48,318 nucleotides of DNA from Cyanophora paradoxa CCMP329 (lineage: Eukaryota; Plantae; Glaucophyta): the NCBI GenBank assembly GCA_004431415.1, contig QPMI01000573.1, forward strand, positions 1-48,318, in the 5' to 3' direction. Each line of letters starts with the position of its first letter. Position 1 is the stretch's first letter. Shown piece after piece: positions 23,401 to 32,700 of the stretch. The position numbers and the translations under genes are program-made. Under the pieces are notes generated by a model. The model was not told the DNA's origin, ran no database searches, and saw only the letters and a list, made by a program, of their open reading frames with translations.

Positions 23401-23821
23401 CTTACTTGTTCGTGGAAATGCATATGCAAGGAATTTCTATGCTATGAACCCCTCAAATAATGCGACCATCAGTCGATGCATTACAGAAGCAGATCTTTCC
23501 AGTCAACTCAATGCATATTTTAATGGGAAAATTCAAGCAGGTAAGTATGTTTACACTACTCCTGTTTTAAATTACAATAATCTGTATGTGTTCAATCTTA
23601 CTATCTATTTTACCAATGCCTTTGCTTCTCCTCCTGTTGTTACAGCAACTGTAAGGCATGAAGGACAAGAACCAAATTATCAAGTAACTCCCGTCATTTT
23701 TACTGTGAACCTGTTGAATGTTTACAGTAACTATTTCACCTGTGAACTTTTCACTGATCCATATGCAATGAATAATTCATCCAAAACTGTAACAATCCAT
23801 TACATTGCTGTCGCAATTTAA
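20490..23821 (+). CDS. Large fibre/spike-like protein (probably one gene of about 1110 aa, frameshift at about 22125)
   Basis: Acidic EEEYLPDG repeats; three FPPEDHxHxW..I..KP repeats; ten AHTHxKSxITDF repeats (phage tail-repeat-like). C-terminal FTNAFASPPVVTATV...IHYIAVA resembles an H-type-lectin/gp53-like domain. Confidence 0.75.
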
Positions 23822-23840
23822 CTATTTGATTAATATAAAG

Positions 23841-24886
23841 ATGACCTCTCTATTAGAAATCCCAAACTATGAACTTGCAGCCAAATCACTGCACAGCACC
23901 TCTCATGGAGTAGTTGATTCAACCCCTGGGTATATTTGTACTGAAACTTCAAGTAATACCTCTTTCACAGAGAATAATATACTCAGAGTCAAAGAAATTC
24001 GATGTGATAGAAATGGAGGCAAGATAAGAACCACAGGAATTATTATCTCGAATAAAAATCAGGTTCAAGCAGGTCAAGTAGTCCCAGATTCAGCAATATA
24101 TGATAATGTAGGTGGATTTACCACAGCACAGATAGTTTCTTTTGGTAACACAAGTAATACTTCCGCTCTTGTAGTCAAGAGTGGAGGAGCATACTTTGGA
24201 GAGGCATTAAAGGTGAATGGAACAGTAACAGCATCCATACTAAATGCTGGAAGTGGAATGTTTGAGAGTCCAATAAATTTTGAGGGTGGATATAATGCGA
24301 GTAGTTTTTCAGTTGGTGTTGGTGTCTTTTCCACAATGTTAAACACACCTGAAATTGAATCATCGAATGCACTCAATATCAAGAGAAATGCAGTGGTTAC
24401 AGCAACCATAAACAATGTTTCCCTTCAATAAATCTAATTAAATATCTGAAAGCTCCTCACCCTCGGTTTTGTATTGTAAATTATTCAACATCAGCAGTTA
24501 CTGTGGGAACCACATCAACAGCAAGAAGATTCGCTTTTAACAGAACTCTTGTGGATGCAAGCAATAATATCACATTATCCACAGGCACCTTTACAGCACC
24601 TGTGTCCGGAATTTATAGATTCTTCTTCATTGTTCAAATGTCAACAGCTTCATCAACAGGGGAGTGTAGAGTTGCATTTAGAAAGAATGATTTGGCTCTT
24701 TCCCCTCAATCGGTTCAAGAATTTTCAACTTACAATGGAAGGCGAAGTGTTCATATGGAGGCTTCTTTTGCTGTATATGCGAACGAATTTGTGAATGTTA
24801 TACAAACCTGGACATCGTCCATGCAATATGATGCTACAATACAAGGTATTACCTGTTTTGGGGGGCATCTCATCAGTAGATTATAA
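23841..24886 (+). CDS. Fibre paralogue 1 with C-terminal C1q/TNF-like domain (frameshift at about 24425)
   Basis: Shared N-domain RVKEIRCDRNGGKIRTT...VVKSGGAY; C1q motif TGTFTAPVSGIYRF...FGGHLI. Confidence 0.8.
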
Positions 24887-24908
24887 ACTTTTTGTTGGGA
24901 ATTTATAG

Positions 24909-25931
24909 ATGGCTACCCAAATTGCAGTTCCTGTTTTCTGTTATGCAGCACCTAAATTACATCAACTGAACCACACAGTTACAGATGCTATTCCCGGGTT
25001 TATTTGCACAGAAACCACAGGAGCAGATTCATTTACTCAAAATTCAATTATCAGATGCAAGGAAATTCGATGTGATAGAAATGCTGGAAAAATACGAACC
25101 ACACAATTAATCGTAAGTAACAAGAATCAGGTTTTACCAGGTGGTGTAGTTGCTGATGCAGCTATTTATGATGATGCAGGTGGGGTGACCACACCACAAA
25201 TTGTTACTTTTGATGGGACAGAAAATAATGCAGCACTTGTAGTTAAATCAGGTGGAGCATGGATAGGTTCGGGAGCTTTTGTGAATGGAACACTCTCAGC
25301 TACAAATGTTTCAATTTCAGGAACAACAACATTTACAGGTGTTGTGAATGCAAATGGTGGTCTTTTTGTTCCTACTTATACAGTCCCTGTGATGACCGCA
25401 ACCACAAAGATACAAACACCTGAAATAGATACAGGAGCAAATGTAGATCTGATTCTGAAACGAAATAGCACAGAAGTCGCACGAATTGATGCAGGGGGTC
25501 TTACAATCGCAGCAAACTTTTATTTGAAGCAAGAAACCCAACCTCGATTTTGTGTTGGGTTTGGTGTAGCAACAAGAAGTGGAGTATATGGGCGTCTTAC
25601 TAATTGGTTGCATGAATTCTTTGATAATACCAACTCATTTGATGTAGTAGAAGGGAAATTCACAGCGCCTATAAGTGGAGATTATAGATTCTCTCTTAAT
25701 TCTTATAGTATTGTTACCTCATCTGTGAGTGTAGATCTGAAAGTAAATGATCAGAATGTTTCAACAGAATTCAATTTCAGGGTAAACAACTCACAAACAG
25801 TAACCAACAAAACAATCATTTTGAGCGCAATACTCAGACTTGGAGCCGGGGATAATGTCTCTATTTATGCTGTTGATACTTCCATTTCAGAATTCACAAC
25901 GTTTAGTGGCGAATTGCTGAGCATAATTTAA
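24909..25931 (+). CDS. Fibre paralogue 2 with C-terminal C1q/TNF-like domain
   Basis: Same N-domain; FDNTNSFD...GKFTAPISGDYRF...LGAGDNV...FSGELL. Confidence 0.85.
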   Translation: MATQIAVPVFCYAAPKLHQLNHTVTDAIPGFICTETTGADSFTQNSIIRCKEIRCDRNAGKIRTTQLIVSNKNQVLPGGVVADAAIYDDAGGVTTPQIVTFDGTENNAALVVKSGGAWIGSGAFVNGTLSATNVSISGTTTFTGVVNANGGLFVPTYTVPVMTATTKIQTPEIDTGANVDLILKRNSTEVARIDAGGLTIAANFYLKQETQPRFCVGFGVATRSGVYGRLTNWLHEFFDNTNSFDVVEGKFTAPISGDYRFSLNSYSIVTSSVSVDLKVNDQNVSTEFNFRVNNSQTVTNKTIILSAILRLGAGDNVSIYAVDTSISEFTTFSGELLSII

Positions 25932-25950
25932 TTTCTACAAGTAGTTTAGA

Positions 25951-26213
25951 ATGTCGAATATATACCAAGTAGTTCTGACTGATACCGAAAAGTTGGGAAT
26001 GGAATATTGCGCTGCTTCTGTTCAGGACTGGATTGATAATGCTGCCCACAACAGGGCAAGAATCGCAATTGATGAGATTGTTCAGAAAGAGATCCAATCT
26101 TGCATCTCATCAGGAGTTCAGATACCAACCTCAAAGGAAGCGATTGTATTACAGGCATTCCAAAGGGAACTGTAAAGAAAGGTATCGAGTATAATAATGT
26201 CACAGAAGAGTAG
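25951..26213 (+). CDS. Small protein resembling phage tail-fibre-associated proteins (3' frameshift)
   Basis: LTDTEKLGMEYCAASVQDWIDNAAHNRARIAIDEI recalls small genes found after C1q-type fibres in marine tailed phages (recognised from memory). Confidence 0.6.
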
Positions 26214-26251
26214 TGTACATTATTTTTCTTTCCTTCTTAGTAAAAGAAGCA

Positions 26252-27078
26252 ATGGGTGAATATAATCGAGTTCAACTTCCAATATATTCCCTTGGATCCC
26301 TGCAATGCACTTTCGCCAGCATGAAGTTAATGATGAGGTTCGTGGTTTAGAATCCACAGAGAGACCCAATTCCAATGGTAACTCCTTTGATAAAAATTCG
26401 ATTATTCGAGTTAAAGAGCTGAGAGCTGATAAGAATTCAGGTGTGGTTAAAACAACTCGACTTCTTGTCACAAATGCTAACTTTTTCCAGCCTACAAATG
26501 GAGGTCCTGATGCTTACAGTGTTGATCTGAAAGCCCTGGATTTCGATAAGAATTCTGCAGCTGTTACTGTGAGATCAGGAGGAGCATTTATTGGGGGTGG
26601 CTGCAGAGTTTCAGGTCAACTCTCATCCTCAATTTCGTATAATGATGTCCCAGATACTCTTGAGCAGAATGTTGAAGACCCCCAACGAATTCGATTATAT
26701 ATACCAGTTGCACAACAGCCACTTATTCAATTTTACCAAGGTTATACTGTCACACTTGAAAACTCTGAATTGATTGAAGGAACCAAAAGAGTAATGAGAG
26801 GGCTGGTCATTCCTTCTGCAATGCTTTCTTTATGTAGAGCCAACAATAACCAGCCAGGTCACAGATACAATTCAGTGTTCAAGGATATGATCATTTCGGC
26901 ACAGGGTTCTGTGTTTATAATAACAATTTCACTATGATCTGTTGTTACAGATATTGGAAATATACAATTACAGTTATGGGTATCAGAACAGATATAGCTG
27001 CTGTCTCAGCTCTTAGAGTGTTACTCCTGATACTCTTTCTCAAACAGGGTTTTACATGGAGCAGATGTAATTGAATGA
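26252..27078 (+). CDS. Fibre paralogue 3 (frameshifted)
   Basis: Shared N-domain IRVKELRADKNSGVVKTTRLLVTNANF...VRSGGAFIG with a different C-terminus. Confidence 0.7.
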
Positions 27079-27113
27079 CCCACCCCATAAATTATATATC
27101 ACTTTAATGTAAA

Positions 27114-27947
27114 ATGGCTGAGCAACCCCCACTTGAACGAATTATTACACCACAGCTATCATTAGCTGCCCCAGCAAACCATGTTCTGCAGCATGCTACC
27201 TTTGATGATGTGGAAGGTCTCCAATCCACAGAGGTCCAACCTACAATGAACACCTTTGGTTCCACCCACAAACTGAGATTACAGGAACTCAGATGTGATA
27301 AAAATAATGGAATAGTTAAGACAACTAAGCTACTTGTCACAAATGCAAACTTTTCTGCTCATTATGGAGACCCAGATAGCTATGGAGATCCTCTGTCTAC
27401 TTATTCTTTTGAATCTAGGTCGGGAGCTATTAACTGCAAATCGGGGGGAGCTTATATTGGTGATGGTCTTAGGGTTGGTGGGGCTGTTGGAGCGCCTTTA
27501 TTTGTGAATGATCAACCCAATCCCATTGATCCCAATACAAGAATTCGAACCTATGTCCCCAGCATGAATGCCCCATACATTATAAAGATATTCCCCATTG
27601 TTGTAAATGAACAAACAGCAGTAGTAGACTCCCTTGTTGAAATTGGTGACCACTACAAGGTAGTTGTGGATATCCCACCAGATGTATATGCTGTATGTCA
27701 AGTAGAGGGTGGAACTCCTAATTTTGCAGTTGTGATCACCCCATATGATAATTTTGGTATTGCTTATCATGGAGTCAATTTCGGTTTGGAAGACTATCAG
27801 TTTCTGGTGAGAGCCACCAAGTTTGGTATCTACAAGTGTGTATTATATGCTGAGAGAACCGATTTTATTGCAAGGCAGAATACCTATGCTGAGTATTATG
27901 GCACAAATCGATATTTCCCCATTTTTGGACAGGATACTGCTCCATAA
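27114..27947 (+). CDS. Fibre paralogue 4
   Basis: Shared N-domain LRLQELRCDKNNGIVKTTKLLVTNANF...KSGGAYIG; C-terminal VVITP...LYAERTD. Confidence 0.75.
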   Translation: MAEQPPLERIITPQLSLAAPANHVLQHATFDDVEGLQSTEVQPTMNTFGSTHKLRLQELRCDKNNGIVKTTKLLVTNANFSAHYGDPDSYGDPLSTYSFESRSGAINCKSGGAYIGDGLRVGGAVGAPLFVNDQPNPIDPNTRIRTYVPSMNAPYIIKIFPIVVNEQTAVVDSLVEIGDHYKVVVDIPPDVYAVCQVEGGTPNFAVVITPYDNFGIAYHGVNFGLEDYQFLVRATKFGIYKCVLYAERTDFIARQNTYAEYYGTNRYFPIFGQDTAP

Positions 27948-27969
27948 GAATATTGGTTATATATAGAGT

Positions 27970-28242
27970 ATGGATAGTAAAACAAAAAAGTTTATTGATG
28001 CTGCTATGACAGTTCATGGTAAAGATAAATTCGATTACAGTGAGACACATTACATCAAAGCTCAAGAGAAAGTATCTGTGAGATGTTTGCAGTGTAATAA
28101 GGTGATCCTTACCTATCCCTTTAATCATGTGAAGGGATCAGGTTGCAGGGACTGTAACAAAAGAAAGAGTCAAGCACACAGGAAAAGAGCTACTTCATCA
28201 ATCAGAGTAGAGTATAGGGATATTTGCATTAGGTTTGACTAG
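27970..28242 (+). CDS. DUF723-like zinc-binding protein (domain usually attached to viral homing-type endonucleases)
   Basis: FIDAAMTVHGKDKFDYS..Y....KV.V.C..C......NH..G.GC..C; no nuclease domain seen. Confidence 0.7.
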   Translation: MDSKTKKFIDAAMTVHGKDKFDYSETHYIKAQEKVSVRCLQCNKVILTYPFNHVKGSGCRDCNKRKSQAHRKRATSSIRVEYRDICIRFD

Positions 28243-28265
28243 TTAATTTTTCTAAGGTATTCTTA

Positions 28266-28663
28266 ATGGAGACTAAATACAGAGGCTTTCATGTTATGCT
28301 TGATTACAAGGCTAAATCAGCTATAGCAACAGGTTATGAGCATGTTAGCTTCCTAGGTAATTGGATTATGGGAACCCTTGAACAAGCAGTATTGAGACAA
28401 GGTATTAGGATTGTTCATAAGCATTGTGAGATATTTGATGGCAAACTATCACCTCTGGTTTTGCATTGGTTCTGCTATTAGATGAAAGCCATTGCACAGC
28501 TCATTGTTATTCCAATGAAGGCATGTTAGCAATTGATATATTCAGTTGTGGTAAAGAAGCTCAGCATAAAACACAAGCAGTTGCAGATGAGATCGATAAA
28601 ACAATGAATTTCTTAACATTTGAGAAGACTGAGAGACATAAACATGATAGATTCCCGTTTTGA
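28266..28663 (+). CDS. speD: Prokaryote-type S-adenosylmethionine decarboxylase-like proenzyme (frameshift at about 28460)
   Basis: GFHVMLD, LLDESH (pyruvoyl self-cleavage E/SH), HCY and AIDIFSCG. Confidence 0.85.
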
Positions 28664-29060
28664 TGGGTTTCTATAATGATAAACAGGGTAATTTACCTTT
28701 TTATTACAATGGCAATCGTTAAAAAAGGATATAATATATCCTTTCCTACAATAGCTTTCTACAATGATTTTCTTTCTACAGTAGCTTTTGTTACAATAGA
28801 ATTCTACTGTATGATGTAGCCGAAATATGAATGCACCCTACATTAAGCAATGTCAAGTATTTCGAATACTATTCGATTTCCTTACAATAACACTCAGCAT
28901 CTCCCCTTGATTCCCCCTATTATATTATATTTATATTTAAGTGGACGATATCGATATCGATATAACATCGATTAAATTAATTGAAAATGCATATAAAAAT
29001 ATGAAAATTCAGGTGAAAATTCAAATAAATTAATCGATTTTATTGATATAACATCGAATC

Positions 29061-29133
29061 ACACATATGAATATTCATATTTTAATCCTGAGGCGGAACG
29101 CCGAGGGATTAAAATATGAATATTCATATGTGT
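29061..29133. repeat. Right terminal fold-back of element 1
   Basis: Perfect 28-bp inverted repeat ACACATATGAATATTCATATTTTAATCC (29061-29088 / 29106-29133), with a 17-nt spacer containing GGCG-GAA-CGCC. Confidence 0.95.
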
Positions 29134-29749
29134 CGCAATCCCAAGTTCTTCGAGAGCCTTGAAACAAAATCGTTCGAATTACACAGCTCTCTCGTCAAGC
29201 ACTGCTCCACGTGCACCAGCACTGAAGACGAGAAGCATATGTTGGTGTCGCATGCAGGTAAAAACAATTGCACGTTAATCAACACATGAATTAATTGAAT
29301 TTATACGCAGGGTTTCTATTTGCTGTTCCCTCCTATGCAGCACGTACACTACCCGGAATCTCGATAAATATAGCCAGTGAACAGCGCGAAGCTTACAGAC
29401 GTTATATCTTTCCAATAGACTATTACCATCCAGACTTAAGCATTTCCTTGCCTCCCCACAGATCTAGATCTATAGCCAGGATAGCTATAGCTAGCAGCAG
29501 ATCAGGTACATATGCACACAGATATGTACGTGCATATGTAAGGGGATCCGGAGGGAAGGCTCCCAGAAAGAGCTTAGTGACCGCACTTGGAAGGCTGCTG
29601 CCCCGTAAACGCTAGCCATGTTGTTTTGCTGATCACGATCAAAGTGAAGCTGCAACTCTGAAGGCAATCGCAATTGGCGGCTGGGTGGTCGGCTCTAAAA
29701 AACTTGCGATCCGGATCGGAGCTTCGAATTTGCGTGGTCATGGTCAGAT

Positions 29750-32700
29750 AAAGAGAGCTATCCGGTCCGCAGAAGCATTCTGAAGTAGACAACGCCGCAG
29801 ACCTGCAGAGCCCGCCGTGCTATTCGTGGCCGGAAATTAAAGTCGATGCTGGAGATTGAGCTCCTCGTATTATGGGCGCTGATCAATAGCGCCAGTTTCG
29901 AAAATCGGCCTGCAGCTAGCATCGTTCGAAAAGAGCTATCCGCAGAAGAATCAAGATGGAGACTGGGCCGCGGACCTGCAGAGCCCGCGCTGCTTTGCAA
30001 TTTGTGGTCGGAAGGTTGATATCGATGTTGGAGATTGAGCTCCTCGTATCATTAGTGCTCTTATCAATAGCGCCAGTTTCGAAAATCGGCCTGCAGCTAG
30101 CATCGTTCAAAAAGAGCTATCCGCAGAAGCATTAAGATGGAGACTGGGCCGCGGACCTGCAGAGCCCGCCGTGCTATTTGTGGCCGGAAAGTCGATGTTG
30201 GAGATTGATCTCCTCGTATTATGGGCGCTGATCAATAGCGCCAGTTTCGAAAATCGGCCTGCAGCTAGCAGCTAGCATCGCTCGAAAAGAGCTATCCGCA
30301 GAAGCATTAAGATGGAGACTGGGCCGCGGACCTGCAGAGCCCGCCGTGCTTTTTGTGGCCGGAAAGTCGATGCTGGAGATTGAGCTCCTCGTATCATGGG
30401 CACACTTATCAATAGCGGCAGTTTCGAAAATCGGCCTGCAGCTAGCATCGCTCGAAAAGAGCTATCCGCAGAAGCATTAAGATGGAGACTGGGCCGCGGA
30501 ACTGCAGAGCCCTGTGCTATTTGTGGCCGGAAAGTCGATGCTGGAGATTGAGCTCCTCGTATCATTAGTGCGCTTATCAATAGCGCCAGTATCGAAAATC
30601 GGCCTGCAGCTAGCATCGCTCGAAAAGAGCTATCCGCAGAAGCATTAAGATGGAGACTGGGCCGCGGACCTGCAGAGCCCGCCGTGCTATTTGTGGCCGG
30701 AAAGTCGATGTTGGAGATTGAGCTCCTCGTATCATTAGTGCGCTTATCAATAGCGCCAGTTTCGAAAATCGGCCTGCAGCTAGCATCGTTCGAAAAGAGC
30801 TATCCGCAGAAGCATTAAGATGGAGACTGGGCCGCGGACCTGCAGAGCCCGCCGTGCTATTTGTGGCCGGAAAATCGATGTTGGAGATTGAGCTCCTCGT
30901 ATCATTAGTGCGCTTATCAATAGCGCCAGTTTCGAAAATCGGCCTGCAGCTAGCATCGTTCGAAAAGAGCTATCCGCAGAAGCATTAAGATGGAGACTGG
31001 GCCGCGGACCTGCAGAGCCCGCCGTGCTTTTTGTGGCCGGAAAGTCGATGCTGGAGATTGAGCTCCTCGTATCATGGGCACACTTATCAATAGCGGCAGT
31101 TTCGAAAATCGGCCTGCAGCTAGCATCGTTCGAAAAGAGCTATCCGCAGAAGCATTAAGATGGAGACTGGGCCGCGGACCTGCAGAGCCCGCTGCCGCTT
31201 TGCAATTCGTGGTCGGAACGTGGATATCGATGTTGGAGATTGAGCTCCTCATATCATTAGTGCGCTTATCAATAGCGCCAGTTTCGAAAATCGGCCTGCA
31301 GCTAGCATCGTTCGAAAAGAGCTATCCGCAGAAGCATTAAGATGGAGACTGGGCCGCGGACCTGCAGAGCCAGCCGTGCTATTTGTGGCCTGAAAGTCGA
31401 TGCTGGAGATTGAGCTCCTCGTATCATGGGCACACTTATCAATAGCGGCAGTTTCGAAAATCGGCCTGCAGCTAGCATCGTTCGAAAAGAGCTATCCGCA
31501 GAAGCATTAAGATGGAGACTGGGCCGCGGACCTGCAGAGCCCGCCGTGCGTTTTGTGGCCGGAAAGTCGATGTTGGAGATTGAGCTCCTCATATCATTAG
31601 TGCGCTTATCAATAGCGCCAGTTTCGAAAATCGGCCTGCAGCTAGCATCGTTCGAAAAGAGCTATCCGCAGAAGCATTAAGATGGAGACTGGGCCGCGGA
31701 CCTGCAGAGCCCGCCGTGCTTTTTGTGGCCGGAAAGTCGATGCTGGAGATTGAGCTCCTCGTATCATTAGTGCGCTTATCAATAGCGCCAGTTTCGAAAA
31801 TCGGCCTGCAGCTAGCATCGCTCGAAAAGAGCTATCCGCAGAAGCATTAAGATGGAGACTGGGCCGCGGACCTGCAGAGCCCGCCGTGCTTTTTGTGGCC
31901 GGAAAGTCGATGCTGGAGATTGAGCTCCTCGTATCATGGGCACACTTATCAATAGCGGCAGTTTCGAAAATCGGCCTGCAGCTAGCATCGTTCGAAAAGC
32001 GCTATCCGCAGAAGCATTAAGATGGAGACTGGGCCGCGGACCTGCAGAGCCAGCCGTGCTATTTGTGGCCTGAAAGTCGATGCTGGAGATTGAGCTCCTC
32101 GTATTATGGGCGCTGATCAATAGCGGCAGTTTCGAAACTCGGCCTGCAGGTAGCATCGCTCGAAAAGAGCTATCCGCAGAAGCATTAAGATGGAGACTGG
32201 GCCGCGGACCTGCAGAGCCCGCCGTGCTATTTGTGGCCGGAAAGTCGATGTTGGAGATTGAGCCCCTCGTATCATTAGTGCGCTTATCAATAGCGCCAGT
32301 TTCGAAAATCGGCCTGCAGCTAGCATCGTTCGAAAAGAGCTATCCGCAGAAGCATTAAGATGGAGACTGGGCCGCGGACCTGCAGAGCCCGCCGTGCTAT
32401 TTGTGGCCGGAAAGTCGATGCTGGAGATTGAGCTCCTCGTATCATGCATATGGGCACACTTATCAATAGCGGCAGTTTCGAAAATCGGCCTGCAGCTAGC
32501 ATCGTTCGAAAAGAGCTATCCGCAGAAGGATTAAGATGGAGACTGGGCCGCGGACCTGCAGAGCCCGCCGTGCTATTTGTGACCGGAAAGTCGATGCTGG
32601 AGATTGAGCTCCTCGGATCATTAGTGCGCTTATCAATAGCGCCAGTTTCGAAAATCGGCCTGCAGCTAGCATCGTTCGAAAAGAGCTATCCGCAGAAGCA

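Larger units (their letters stand above)
2338..29133. mobile_element. Endogenous Polinton-like virus, element 1 (about 26.8 kb)
   Basis: Sharp GC-to-AT shift at both borders. Dense intronless genes include MCP, pentons, A32 ATPase, primase-helicase, pPolB and rve integrase. Both ends are marked by ACACAT...ATGTGT fold-backs. No target-site duplication seen. Confidence 0.92.

Noticed and set aside
27970-28242. Active homing endonuclease
   Set aside because: Only the zinc/DNA-binding repeat is present. No HNH, GIY-YIG or PD-(D/E)xK catalytic domain is visible.
2325-29145. Canonical Polinton long TIRs and 5-6 bp TSD for element 1
   Set aside because: The flanks (…GAAGATAG / CGCAATCC…) do not match, and the two ends share only the fold-back consensus.
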